Shown here piece after piece: positions 28,333 through 40,300 of a stretch of DNA of 64,000 nucleotides (the first letter of the stretch is position 1; the number at the start of each line of letters is the position of its first letter). The position numbers and the translations under genes were made by a program. The notes under the pieces were generated by a model. The model searched no databases. It was given only the letters and a program-made list of their open reading frames with translations, and was not told the DNA's origin. The stretch covers positions 1 to 64,000 of the IMG/VR virus record IMGVR_UViG_3300046171_000252. The stretch is one strand, 5' to 3'.

Positions 28333-30036
28333 ATGCCTTTACCTCTATTAGGATTAGCAACAGGAATAGGAAAAAAACTACTCGGCGGCGCAAAAAAAAC
28401 GGGCACTGCAGTAAAATCTGGTGCTAAAAAAACTATTTCTGGTGGCAAATTTTTAGCAAAAAAATCAGTAGATAAAGGTGCCGATCTTGCTCAAAGTGGT
28501 GTTGAGGTTGCAAAAAAGGGAACTACAAATGTTATAAAAGGAGCAAAATTTTTCAAAAAGAAAGTTGGCAGTGTAGGTGGTAGTATATCCAAAAGACTCA
28601 AAGAAAATGCAACTAGTATTAAAAATTTACTGAATAAGGAAAATAAAAAACAAGATAAGTTGAGAGCAAAAGGAACAGAAAGAAAAAAGAAGAAAGAAAG
28701 TATTGAAAAGAAACGAGAAAAAGAAAAAGAAGTAGAGTCAAAAAAATCAACCTCTGGACCAAAGAGAAATATTTTATCGGGTTTGGCAAAATCTCCGTTG
28801 AGTATTCTTGATAAATTATTTGGTTTTGGTGGAATTCTTCTTGGTGGAATTCTTGTCAATTCGGCAAAGGGTCTCATAGACAAAGCAAAACAATTTGTAG
28901 CAGACAATAAAGAACTTTTTGACACCATTGGAAACTTTCTGAGTGGTGTAAAAGATGCTGTCGTTGGATTATTGGATTCTTTTACTGGTCCAGAATCAAA
29001 AGAGGGTGCTTATGATTACTTGGCAAAATTTGATGATTCTGGAAAAGTAACTGGAGGAATACTCTTTGAAGTAGAAAAGGCATTTGATAATGTTGCTAAT
29101 GTTATTAATGCTGTAAACAAACTTACAGGTGGCAAAGGCGATATTGCAAACTTCCTATATTCTGATCAAGGGCAAGTTTTGGCAGAAAGAGGTGGTAAAG
29201 AAGGTATTCTTGATAAAAATACTGACAAATTTTATGAAAAACCATTCACTAAACAAGAAAGACAGAGATATGATAGGGGTGATACACAATTAGGTGGAAC
29301 ACCCACACCATCAGTATCTTCTAGCCAACAACCTTCCACATCTCACTCTGGACAATATGGTCCATTATTTGAGGTCATTTCTCGTGGAGAGGGAGGAGTA
29401 AACTCTGTCAATAAAGGAAATGCTGGTGATACTCCTGGTGGTGCAAAATCTATCTTTGGTAAAAATCTCACAGATATGACTGTAGATGAAATTTATGCTG
29501 CCCAAAGATCCGGAAGAGTTTTTGCTGTAGGCAAATTTCAGATTATTGATATAACGATGCCAGGATTCATTAAGTATTTAAAATCTAGAGGAATTGATAC
29601 TTCAACTGCAAAATTTACAGAAAAAATACAAGATTATTTTAAACCATATGTAGTAAATTATAAGAGACCTATAGTTGGTAAATATTTAAGAGGAGAAAGT
29701 AATAATAGGGCAGAAGCAGCACAAGCACTTGCTAGAGAATTTGCTTCTATTGGGGCATCTTATCCAGAGACAATACAAGGTTTTCAACCTGCAGATAGAG
29801 GAGATACTTTATATGGTGGTAGAGGAAACAACAGAGCTTCCATATCACCAGCAAAAATAGAGGCAGCACTTGATACAGCAAAAATAAAACCCAAACCAAA
29901 AATAAAACCAGTGCCAGATAAAAAGGATCAAGCAAGAGCAATCAATCAACCAGATCCTGCTGATGAAGAAGTAGCAACCATCTTCATTCAACGTGTAAAT
30001 ACTATACAGTATGTTCCATTTCCAGTAACAGCATAA
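28333..30036 (+). CDS. Tail-associated protein with a C-terminal lysozyme-like domain
   Basis: GEGGVNSVN..LTDMTVDEIYAAQ..FAVGKFQII..T..F...QD. Confidence 0.65.
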   Translation: MPLPLLGLATGIGKKLLGGAKKTGTAVKSGAKKTISGGKFLAKKSVDKGADLAQSGVEVAKKGTTNVIKGAKFFKKKVGSVGGSISKRLKENATSIKNLLNKENKKQDKLRAKGTERKKKKESIEKKREKEKEVESKKSTSGPKRNILSGLAKSPLSILDKLFGFGGILLGGILVNSAKGLIDKAKQFVADNKELFDTIGNFLSGVKDAVVGLLDSFTGPESKEGAYDYLAKFDDSGKVTGGILFEVEKAFDNVANVINAVNKLTGGKGDIANFLYSDQGQVLAERGGKEGILDKNTDKFYEKPFTKQERQRYDRGDTQLGGTPTPSVSSSQQPSTSHSGQYGPLFEVISRGEGGVNSVNKGNAGDTPGGAKSIFGKNLTDMTVDEIYAAQRSGRVFAVGKFQIIDITMPGFIKYLKSRGIDTSTAKFTEKIQDYFKPYVVNYKRPIVGKYLRGESNNRAEAAQALAREFASIGASYPETIQGFQPADRGDTLYGGRGNNRASISPAKIEAALDTAKIKPKPKIKPVPDKKDQARAINQPDPADEEVATIFIQRVNTIQYVPFPVTA

Positions 30037-30042
30037 TTTAAT

Positions 30043-31329
30043 ATGTCAAAGGCATCTGCAGCATCAAAATATGAAATCATGGTCATCTCCAAGAAAGGAA
30101 CAGAAGTTCGTTTGGAGGGAAAAACAGTTGCCTTTGATTATTATGAAAGTATATTATCACCTAATGTAACTGCAACAATGGCAGTTGTGGATACTGGCGG
30201 TTCGGTAGCATATACAAAAGATTATGATAAGCAGGAAAGATTAGGTTCAATTTATAATGCACTTCCTATTACTGGTAGAGAAGAATTAAAATTTAAAATT
30301 CGTTCTGCATCAGGTTTACTAGATTTTTCTAGAAAACCATTATTTGTGAATGCTGCAGTAAATCCGGATCAAAATTCTCAGAGAGAATCAATTGTATTGA
30401 GTCTTTTTTCTGAGGGAGCAAAACTTAATTCAGAATCTACTGTAATCAGGAAATATCAAGGTAATATTGGCGACTCTGTTAAAACTCTTATTAATCAATT
30501 TTTGACAGGTAAGAGTGATAGAGTCAAAATTAATGAGATACAGAATACTGCAAATGCATATAATTTTGTTGGAAATAGTGAATCTGTTTTTGAAATATGT
30601 TGCAATCTCGGATCAAAATCTACTGCCGCAAAAGATAGTGCCGGGTTTCTTTTCTTTGAAACACAGGATGGATTTAATTTCAAATCAATTGATAGTTTAG
30701 TTTCTCAGAAACCTGTGCAAGTATATTTTAGATCAGAAGTGTTGCGAGAAAATATTAATAGTCCTGAAAACGATTTTAAAATTTTATCATGCATTATTAG
30801 AAAAAATCAAAATGTTCTGAATGCTTTAAATGCAGGAGTTTTCTTTTCTAGAAACATTTATTTTAATCCAAAAACTTTTGAAGAAACTGAAATTGAATAT
30901 CGATTTACTGATGGCAAATTAGTAAAATCATTAGGTAAATCCGCAGAAGCACCTGATGTAAATGCATATACTAAAACAAATTATAATATTCTAGATATCG
31001 GCACACTTGAACCAACTGTTAAAGGTGGTGATAATAATGATCCCAACGATTATCAGGCACAGGCAGCAATGAGATATAATATATTATTCAGTCAATTAGT
31101 TGATATTCAAGTTCCCTGCAACCCGAATCTAAGGGCAGGAGATACAATTAGATGTGAATTTGAAATGATTACACAATCTAAAATAGAACAAGGATCTATG
31201 GACCCTGTTCAGAGTGGTAAATACTTAATAGTTGATTTATGCCATCATTATGAACCAACAAGGTCTATTACTTCATTAACACTGGCTCGTGATAGTTACG
31301 GTCTATATACGGAGAAAAATAAATCATGA
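30043..31329 (+). CDS. Baseplate hub protein (gp27-like)
   Basis: YYESILSP, FFETQDGFNFKSIDSL, LRAGDTI, SGKYLI..LCHH; position before the gp5-like gene. Confidence 0.55.
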   Translation: MSKASAASKYEIMVISKKGTEVRLEGKTVAFDYYESILSPNVTATMAVVDTGGSVAYTKDYDKQERLGSIYNALPITGREELKFKIRSASGLLDFSRKPLFVNAAVNPDQNSQRESIVLSLFSEGAKLNSESTVIRKYQGNIGDSVKTLINQFLTGKSDRVKINEIQNTANAYNFVGNSESVFEICCNLGSKSTAAKDSAGFLFFETQDGFNFKSIDSLVSQKPVQVYFRSEVLRENINSPENDFKILSCIIRKNQNVLNALNAGVFFSRNIYFNPKTFEETEIEYRFTDGKLVKSLGKSAEAPDVNAYTKTNYNILDIGTLEPTVKGGDNNDPNDYQAQAAMRYNILFSQLVDIQVPCNPNLRAGDTIRCEFEMITQSKIEQGSMDPVQSGKYLIVDLCHHYEPTRSITSLTLARDSYGLYTEKNKS

Positions 31330-32207
31330 AAAGCGCAACATTACCAGACGGTTTTTTCCTAGGACAAGTCCCACCTAATTGGACTGAATATGTGCGAACT
31401 CTATCATGGGAAGACGCACATAACAATAGAGTGAAGGTTAGAATACCAGGAAAACATTCCAAAGGACCTGAAATTCTTGATAAGGATTTGCCATGGGCTA
31501 TTGTATCTCAATCAACTTCTACTGGAAATCGTAATGGAGCATCAACCGGACTATCAGGTGGTGAATGGGTTATAGGATTTTATCTTGATGAAGATGAGCA
31601 ACTTCCAGTCATCATGCAGGTATTAGGAAGAAATGAAGTATCGGGGGCAAAGATAAAAGCATCAGAAAATGGCACGACACAATTCAGAGATGTTTCAAGA
31701 TTTGCTAGTTTTACTGCACCATCAACAATGTTGAAAGGTGGACCACCACCAGATGCATCTGCTGAACCATCTAAAGAAGAAATTAAGAAAGGAACACAGA
31801 GTCCACCACCACCAGCAGAAACAGGAGAAGAATTGCCAGGATTTGTGCCAGAAGCAGAAGCAGCAGCAGAAGCAGCAGAAGCACAGGCAGCAGCAGAAGC
31901 AAGAGCAATAGAAAACATTCCAGAACCAACTGGAGATGTGATTGATTTGAGTGATGCAACTGTAGACACCAGAACACAGGCACAGATACAAGCAGATATA
32001 GATGCAAGAATACAACAGCAGACAATTGAACGAGCATTTAGTAGAATGAATGCTGATGGTATTCAAGGTCAAGCTGGAGGAGTTGCTGTAAACAGAACTC
32101 CTACTCCAGATGAACTTCAACAATTTGAATCTAAAGGGTATAGATTTGTTCCCGGTTCTAATGGTCGTGGAACAATTGTTAAAGATGTGGGGCAAAACTA
32201 TGGGTGA
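31326..32207 (+). CDS. gp5-like baseplate spike protein, N-terminal OB-fold
   Basis: RVKVRIPGKH, LPWA, GEWVIGFYLD...QLPVIM. Confidence 0.75.
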   Translation: MKSATLPDGFFLGQVPPNWTEYVRTLSWEDAHNNRVKVRIPGKHSKGPEILDKDLPWAIVSQSTSTGNRNGASTGLSGGEWVIGFYLDEDEQLPVIMQVLGRNEVSGAKIKASENGTTQFRDVSRFASFTAPSTMLKGGPPPDASAEPSKEEIKKGTQSPPPPAETGEELPGFVPEAEAAAEAAEAQAAAEARAIENIPEPTGDVIDLSDATVDTRTQAQIQADIDARIQQQTIERAFSRMNADGIQGQAGGVAVNRTPTPDELQQFESKGYRFVPGSNGRGTIVKDVGQNYG

Positions 32208-32238
32208 TAAATACGAGCATAAGGAGGTAAAATCATAG

Positions 32239-34709
32239 ATGTCCCAATCACCAGATGAACAGGCAGTTATACCAAAAGAAAAAGTAAAAGTATCCAATCC
32301 CAAAGATCTCGCCCCAGAGGTACTTAGGAGTGCAAATGCAATTAATGATCAAGTAGATGTTGTCAATAAATTAATAAAAGATAATGAAGGAACTGCATAT
32401 CCTCAATGGAGTGATGAACTAAAAGCAGAATATAATAATGAACTCAACAAATTAGCAGAACTAGACGAAGAATTTAAAGAACTTGCATCCGATAATGATT
32501 TTGCTAAGTGTTTGGCAAGGGAAACTATAGGTAAATCATGGAGTCTTCCAGGAGCTCCTGACTGCACAACATTCAGAAAGACTGCGGCATATCAAAAAGC
32601 ACTTAGTCTTTTAAACTCCCCAGTAGATTTACCAGATCCATGTGGGAAAAGTGATCTATCCAAAATTAACACTGCATTATTAAAATTTTTCAATGATCTT
32701 AAAGCAATAAGAAAATTTGGAGACACCTATATTAATAGTTCATTTAATGAAATATACAGGGTTACGAATTTAGTTAGAAATACGGCATCAACAATTGGTG
32801 CTGTATTAAAAGGTATAATGCAGAATCTTCGTAATTGGTTATTGGATAAGATTAGACGAGGTATTCAAGATTTACTTGATCGGTTATTTCCGACTCTTGT
32901 CAAACAATTTAAGAATACAATAATCGGAGAAATCATTGAAAAGGTTTTATGTAAGTTTAAAGATATAATAAAAAATCTTCGCAATCTCGTTGGAGATTTC
33001 TTATTTGAACTTATTGGTAAAGTTGTAAATGCTCCTCTTTGTGCGGTTCAACAATTTACAAATGGATTAATTAACAACGTTGTTGCCAAAGTAGATGAAG
33101 CACTGGGACCAATACTAGATGGCATCAGTAATCTTCTAGGTGGTGTTGGCAAAATTGCAGGATCAGCATTTGAGGCACTTGATTTTATTCTTGGATTTGA
33201 AGCATATCTTTGCCAAAAACCAAATTGCCCTGAAATTAAGTCAACAGTATTGGGACCATGGGCAAACTCCCCCAACAAACCTTTTGGAGATGGGTTTGAT
33301 AATTTTATTAACAATGCCGAAGAAGATTTCTCAGAGGAGGGAATACAAAAATATGTAAATGGATTATCAATTTTTGGTGGCACACTAGGAGACTTGGCAG
33401 ATGCTCCTGCAACAGCATTCCCATGTGATACAAATCCATTCCAATGTGGTCCGCCTAGTGTTGAAATTTTTGGTGGCGGTGGTATTGGTGCCGTTGGAAA
33501 GGCAGTTATTAATGATCTAGGACAAATTTATGGTAGTCAACATAGAAAATGGAGGTTCTGGATATTCAAAACCTCCATTTGTAAGTATTATTGATCCATG
33601 TGATAATGGTAGAGGTGCATCTGGATATGCAGTAATTGATTATGAAACTGGACAAGTTATTGATATTCCAATAATTACTCATGGAAATGGATATCCAAAC
33701 GCACCAACTGGTCGTGATGAATTTGGCAATTCGGTAGATTCAACATCGCCTGGTGTTGGAACTCCTGGTGGTATAACTCCTGGAACTCCTGGTGGTGGAA
33801 CTCCCGGAACTCCCGGAACTCCTGGTGGTGGAACTCCTGGGACTCCTGGTGATGGAATTCCTGGGACTCCTGGGACTCCTGGTGGTGGAACTCCTGGTGG
33901 TATAACTCCTGGTGGTGGAACTCCCGGAACTCCTGGTGATTATAGACTCCTGAGTAGAGGAGTTAATGATTATATTGTTTGTTTAGAAGGATTTGATATT
34001 ATTTCAACAGGACTTGGATATTCTCAATTAGATAAAATGATAATTCACACCAGATCTCCCAATCTAGAGGCATCTGTGAGAATGACAGAGGCAGGTCAAA
34101 TTATAAGTATAACCCTAGCAGAAAGAATTTGTGGTCTCACTGATATTCCAACTATCCTAATAGAGAGTTTGACAGGAGAAGGTGCTAAAATTAAACCAAA
34201 ATTCTCCTTCATCAAAATTACTGACGATATTGAAGAAGAACTGCCACCACAAACAATTCTTCCCATTGATAGAACAACTACTAGCGATGAAAGTATTGCC
34301 GTTCTTGCACAAAGAAATGTTGTTCGTGTAATTGATTGTGTTGGTAATACACCTCCTGTCATTGGATATGTTAATGGTAGACCATATTCTGGTCCGTTCC
34401 ATGTTCATCCATCTACTGGCGTGAAGATGGTTGGTGCCTTCCACATTTCGGGATATCATGATACAATTTATGATACTGCTCAAGAGAGCTTAAATAGAAC
34501 GAAAATCATCTACTCAATATCCCAGCACATCTACTCCTACTTCCACACCATCAACCCCCGCATCATCAACTCCTGCACCATCTCCTGCTCCGAGACCCGC
34601 CCCAAGTCCTTCTCCTTCTCCCTCTCCAAGTCCTTCTCCTTCTCCCTCTCCAAGTCCTTCACCTTCACCACCACCCTCCGGAGGAGGTGGATATGGTGGT
34701 GGATATTAA
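32239..34709 (+). CDS. Baseplate/virion structural protein (~822 aa) with two +1 frameshifts (~33534 and ~34503), GTP repeats and an SP-rich tail
   Basis: ORFs 32239-33594 and 33530-34756 overlap. A third frame gives SSTQYPS...(SP)n...GGGGYGGGY with TAA at 34707-34709; the span of 2471 nt is 823 codons plus 2. Confidence 0.7.
33762..33938 (+). repeat. Coding tandem GTP/GTPG repeat
   Basis: Repeated ggaactcctggt-type units giving GTPGGITPGTPGGGTPGTPGTPG... Confidence 0.85.
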
Positions 34710-34721
34710 ATATAAAACATT

Positions 34722-35312
34722 ATGACATTTATCCCAGAACATATAGTAACAGATAATCCTCATGGAATATTATCCTTCGGTCCCATAGCACCAGAGGATA
34801 AGGATGATAATACTGCAATGCTTTTGTCCTTAGATGGGGGGCATACTATTTTATGCAACAAAAATGGAAATAAAGCAGAAATTAATCCAGGAAAATCTGA
34901 AGAACTTTGTGGAACTCAATTAGTACAGGGTGATCAACAAGAGGCATCAGAAGAAGCAATTGCAAAAATTATTACTGCGAAAAATGGCGACATTTGCATC
35001 ATTGCCGAAAATGGAAACATAAAATTGAAGGCAAAAAATATATACGCAGAATGTATAGGTGATGGTAATGATGGGTCATTTTTATTAAAGGCAAATGATC
35101 ATATAACAATGACTGCCGGAGAACAAATAACCATAAGTGGTTCTAAATTATGCATGTTGTCATCCGATGCCATTACTTTAAATGCTCAGGGTTTTTTAAA
35201 TTTATTCTATGCTGATGTAATTCAATCATCTCCTCTTAATGTGGTTTCAAAATTATTAACTGGAGATATTATTGGTGGTTTTATAGATACTGTTAGAAAA
35301 ACTTGTGGATAA
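34722..35312 (+). CDS. Putative baseplate spike-associated structural protein
   Basis: Beta-strand-rich repeats (IIAENGNIKLKAKNI); located in the structural module. Confidence 0.55.
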   Translation: MTFIPEHIVTDNPHGILSFGPIAPEDKDDNTAMLLSLDGGHTILCNKNGNKAEINPGKSEELCGTQLVQGDQQEASEEAIAKIITAKNGDICIIAENGNIKLKAKNIYAECIGDGNDGSFLLKANDHITMTAGEQITISGSKLCMLSSDAITLNAQGFLNLFYADVIQSSPLNVVSKLLTGDIIGGFIDTVRKTCG

Positions 35313-35321
35313 GGAGTAGAA

Positions 35322-36134
35322 ATGGCATTTGAATATTTGGAAGTACATCATCTAGATGTTTTCAACTCTTTTGTGGGTGGAGGTCTTGTATTTCCAAAAG
35401 CACTTACAGAACCCGGTGGAGGTGTTCTATCGGCATATAAGGGACACTTTGGACAGGGATCTAGTACAATTCCTTATAGTGCATCATTAGTTTCTGGACC
35501 TTCTGGTGTTGGTGGTGTTGGTCCTATTCCCACTCCATTATCATGGAACTTTTTGGGTTTTGGTGTTGAAACTGGAACGAGAAATTTAATTGGAGCAGAT
35601 ATAAAACTTGGTTCAGATATATCACTAGGAGCAATCGCGGCAAGATATAGTGCATTATTCAATAAAATAACCGGAAAAGAAGTAACTGTAGCTCCGGCAG
35701 ATACTTCTGTGGCACCGAAAGAAACACATGTAGCTGCTAAGGGAGATTTATTTGGACACTGGGCATATAATGGACTCTCACTTGCTCTTCTTCATACTCA
35801 CTCCGATTCAAGATTAAAAAAGAAAATTGAATCTATTCCCAATTCCACATCCTTGACAAAGGTGCTACAATTAAACCCAGTATATTATGAATGGAGAGAA
35901 GATATTCTTCCCTCGGCATTTGTCAAAAATCACAAACCGGGGAGGCAGATCGGATTAATAGCACAGGAGATTGAAGACATCATTCCCGAAGTTGTAAAAG
36001 AAGAAAAAATTTATGACGAAAAATGGAAAGGTGTCAACTACGAGAAACTTACTGCCGTATTAATTGGAGCAGTCAAAGAACAACAAGAACAAATTGAAGA
36101 ATTGAAAACTAGAATTACTGAATTAGAATCATGA
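35322..36134 (+). CDS. Structural protein with a C-terminal intramolecular chaperone (peptidase S74) domain
   Basis: SDSRLKKKI, LNPVYYEW, GLIAQEIEDIIPEVV, VNYEKLTAVLIGAVKEQ. Confidence 0.8.
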   Translation: MAFEYLEVHHLDVFNSFVGGGLVFPKALTEPGGGVLSAYKGHFGQGSSTIPYSASLVSGPSGVGGVGPIPTPLSWNFLGFGVETGTRNLIGADIKLGSDISLGAIAARYSALFNKITGKEVTVAPADTSVAPKETHVAAKGDLFGHWAYNGLSLALLHTHSDSRLKKKIESIPNSTSLTKVLQLNPVYYEWREDILPSAFVKNHKPGRQIGLIAQEIEDIIPEVVKEEKIYDEKWKGVNYEKLTAVLIGAVKEQQEQIEELKTRITELES

Positions 36135-37054
36135 ATGAAAATTTAACAAACAGGGCTCTTGAAGTTGTAAACAGGGATCAGGATCAATTAAAAGGTGTAT
36201 ATGAAAATCAATCGGAATATAATGCTCCGGATAAAATAGAAAAGATAACCATCACAGAAAACTCTGATGGAACTTGGAATCAGAATAAAGAGACTGTTGA
36301 CAGTGGATTAAAAGATGGTGGAGTGATTGGTGTAAGAGAGGCAGAAATTGAAGAGGAAGCAGAAGTATTGCAAGAATTTTGTGCAGATGTAGATAATAAA
36401 ATTATTGGTATTTTAACTCAGATTGATGATAAGAAAAGAGAAATTGTGACACTTTCTCTTCAGGCAGGAATTTCAAGTGGAACAGAAGGTAGTCCACTCA
36501 ATTTTTGCAATTCATCGGCAGGTATTGGTATTACATTATTTAATATACAAGAAGATACAGAGACAGTTCACATATACACCAAGATGGCAGGTCCTAATGT
36601 TGATTATGGAACAGAAAATCCATTTGAACCTGATACTACTATTTCATTAAGTGGAGTAACAACACATTATGCAGGATTTGGATACGAGAATGATGCAGAA
36701 CCATTAATTTACAAAAATAGTGCCGGATCTGTGACTGGACTAAAAACAGATGGAAGTGGACCAGGAATTTCTACAAATGGCAGACTTGATTTATCTGGAA
36801 CCGGAATACCTTTTAGTGGTTCTTTATCATGTGCTCAAATAAAAACTCAAATCGATTCCTTGTATACTGATATTATTGTGCTCCGAAATGAAATAGGAAC
36901 ACTCAGAGGTAATCTTAATATTGTTAAAAATAAAAAATCCGAAAAAGAACTACAAAACTGGGGATGTAAAAATACTAAACATGATGTTGATGCAAGAGCA
37001 ACTTCCGAAGCAACTACAATAGCTGCAATAACCGGACTATCAACAGCTATATAA
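36131..37054 (+). CDS. Putative virion structural protein
   Basis: ORF coupled within the tail module. Confidence 0.6.
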   Translation: MNENLTNRALEVVNRDQDQLKGVYENQSEYNAPDKIEKITITENSDGTWNQNKETVDSGLKDGGVIGVREAEIEEEAEVLQEFCADVDNKIIGILTQIDDKKREIVTLSLQAGISSGTEGSPLNFCNSSAGIGITLFNIQEDTETVHIYTKMAGPNVDYGTENPFEPDTTISLSGVTTHYAGFGYENDAEPLIYKNSAGSVTGLKTDGSGPGISTNGRLDLSGTGIPFSGSLSCAQIKTQIDSLYTDIIVLRNEIGTLRGNLNIVKNKKSEKELQNWGCKNTKHDVDARATSEATTIAAITGLSTAI

Positions 37055-37076
37055 TGCCAGATATGGATATATTCAT

Positions 37077-37295
37077 ATGGGGAATGAAAATGTCAGCAAC
37101 ATTTTAATTGATGTTTGCAAAAGAACCGTCATTGTACTCGGTAATGAAGGCGATACAAGACTAGTAGAATGCGAAACCATAAACGAGTTTATGAACGTTC
37201 TAAAAATTGTTGAAAAATATATTGATCCAGAAATGGTGTTGTATGCCAAACCTTTAGTGCTTAAGAGAAAAAAATCAATTAATAAAGGTAACTAA
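37077..37295 (+). CDS. Hypothetical protein
   Basis: ORF track entry. Confidence 0.6.
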   Translation: MGNENVSNILIDVCKRTVIVLGNEGDTRLVECETINEFMNVLKIVEKYIDPEMVLYAKPLVLKRKKSINKGN

Positions 37296-37332
37296 ATAGA
37301 ATATAGAAATATTTCAGCAGTAAAATAATCCC

Positions 37333-40300
37333 ATGCCTCTGAATAAACTAGATAATTTCATCAAGAATACTGAAGGTCGAATCTTATATGTAAGTCCATC
37401 GGATTTGGATGCAACTGATAGTATTAATAACCAGGGCAATTCCCTTGCTCAACCATTCAAAACTCTTCAGAGAGCACTCTTAGAGTCGGCAAGATTTTCT
37501 TATGTTCAAGGAAATAGTAATGATTTAGTAGAGAAGACCACTATTCTTCTCATGCCCGGAATTCATGAAGTTGATAATAGACCGGGATTTGCAGTAAAAA
37601 ATGATGGTGGAGTTGCAAAAGTAATTTCTCCTGGTGGTGGAGAAACTGCGGCATCTGATACTTTAAATTTACAACTTGATTCTAATTTTGATATTAATCA
37701 AGAAGATAATATTCTTTATAAGTTCAATAGTGTCAATGGTGGTATTATTATCCCCAGAGGAACATCCGTTGTTGGTCTTGACTTAAGAAAGACCAAAGTT
37801 CGTCCAAAATATGTTCCTAATCCTACAGATTTAGCAGTTGCCAATTCGGCAATCTTCAGAATTACTGGCACATGTTATTTTTGGCAGTTCTCCTTCTTTG
37901 ATGGAGATGATGCAGGTGTAGTATATACCGACCCCGTTGATTTCTCAGTAGATAATAGGTCTAAACCAACATTCTCACACCACAAACTTACTTGTTTTGA
38001 GTATGCCGATGGTGTTAATAATGTCAGTGGTTATGATCTCACTGACCTTGACATGTATTATGCAAAACTTGGTAATGCATATAATCAGGCATCGGGTAGA
38101 ATTATTGACCAAAAATATCCTGCCAACCCACAAGGATTTGAGAAGCAAAGACCTGAATGGGAAATTGTTGGTGCTTTTGCATCTGACCCACTAGAGGTTA
38201 GTGCCATTGTATCTGGTTCGGGTGGAACTCCTACGAGTGTGGTTACTGTAACCACGGCAACCGATCATAAATTGCAGGCAGGAACTCCAATAAAAATTAA
38301 AGGAGTTGTTCCTGACGACTACAATATTTCAACGAAAGTTCAGAGTGTTTCTACAGATAATCCAAAAGTATTCACATATTTACTTCCAGATTTTAGAAAG
38401 AATTTAGAGACACCTGGTAATACATCAAGTGCCACTGTAACGATTGAAACTGATACTGTAACTGGTGCATCACCATATATCTTTAATATCTCTCTGCGTT
38501 CTGTTTTTGGCATGAATGGAATGAAAGCCGATGGTGCTAAGGCATCCGGTTTCCGTTCAATGGTTGTGGCTCAATTTACTGGAGTCAGTCTCCAAAAAGA
38601 TGATCGTGCCTTTGTAAAGTATAGCAAGTCAAATAGAACATATGAAGGCATTGGTATTGGTAAAGTAACTGGATCTGCATTATCCACACAATCATCATCT
38701 ACCAATGCCAGCACTGTTTATCATCTAGATTCAGGTGCCGTCTATAGAAAGGATTGGGAGACCGCACACATTTCAATGGTAAATGATGCAATCCTTCAGA
38801 TTGTTTCTGTCTTTGCTATTGGATATAACCAACACTTCTTTGCCGATACTGGTGGTGATGCATCTATCACCAACTCAAACTCAAACTTTGGACAACTAGC
38901 TCTTATATCCGCAGGATTTAAGAAAGAAGCATTTGCAAAAGACAACAAAGGATTTATCACTAATATCATTGCTCCTAGAGCAATTACGAGTTTAGAGGAG
39001 AATATTGACTGGCAAACAATTGATGTTGGTGTCACAACTTCTGTTGCAAATAACAAAAGACTATATCTCTTTGGTTTCACAGAAGCAGACATCAAACCAT
39101 CAATTCTCACTCAAGGTTTTAGAGTTGGTGCAAAAGTAGAAGATGTATTAAGTGTAGACTTCAGTGCCGTTACAGGTTATGGCATAAGTGAAGCAAGAAT
39201 TTTGATGAGTGATGAGGAAACAAGTAGTGTTAAAGAATATAGAGTAGTATCAGGTCCAACATCAAATCAGTTTGCAATCGGTGCTCATAATTTATCAACC
39301 GGCGAGAAAATTATTATCAAGAGTGATGATGCCGACTTACCAGAAAACCTTACTCCAGAAAGAACCTACTATGTAATTGATAGTGGAGATAATAACAATA
39401 TTAAATTGGCATCTTCCTATGCAGCATCTGTTAATGGAACTCCAATTACAGTTTATGGCGGAACAAACCTTGTAATTTTGAGTAGAGTATCTGATAAAGA
39501 TGCAGGAGACATTGGTCATCCGGTCCAGTATGACTCTACACAAGGTCAATGGTATATTAACACTAATGCAGGCAATGACATTTATAATGCTCTAACTCAA
39601 GTTGGTGTTCAAACTAATAATGGATTGGATGCCAGAACGGAAGTCTCATTCTTAAAAAGAACATCAGATACTAGAAGTCTTGATGAAAAGATTTACAAAC
39701 TTAGAGTTGTAGTTCCAAAAGAGGTTTCTAATGGAAAGAATCCAGAAAGTGGATTCATTCTTCAAGAATCTAGCACAACTGGATTAAGAACTGATGCCGA
39801 TGCATCTCTCTCGTCCATTACGATAGATGATTACGATTTCAACAAAAATTCAAGATTCATTGGTAGTTGCACATTCTCTGGTGGAACAGTAACTGTTAGA
39901 TCTGAATTACCACACAATGTATCTGTTGGTGATGTAATCATTACCAAAAATATACAAGATACATCCAATACTGTTGGCACTGCTAATAGTGGATATAACG
40001 GAACATTTACCGTTGTATCAATTCCTAATGATATGGAGTTCACCTATGAAACAGGTGCATCTCTTGGACCTGCATTAACAAATGATTTAACTAACAGAAC
40101 AACATCTCTGCCGAGATATGAGGTAAATGATTTACAGAATAAACTTTTCGTTTATAGAAATGAAATCATCACTGACTATATTCAAGATGTTCAGGACGGA
40201 ATCTATCATCTGTATGCACTAAATGCAAACCTCAGTGTTCCGACTGAATTTACAAATTACGAATATAATCAAAATGTTGTTGACCTCTATCCTCAGTTAG

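Noticed and set aside
31722-32303. Minus-strand 193-aa Cys/Phe-rich ORF and similar antisense ORFs in the track (e.g. 42105-42614, 43405-43956, 58501-59058)
   Set aside because: These are shadows of plus-strand genes with biased codons; no SD, promoter or motif support.
33594-34756. C-terminus RTKIIYSISQHIYSYF...RRRWIWWWILN of ORF 33530-34756
   Set aside because: It is an out-of-frame reading of the Ser/Pro-rich tail and overlaps the next gene; the alternative frame ends cleanly at 34709.
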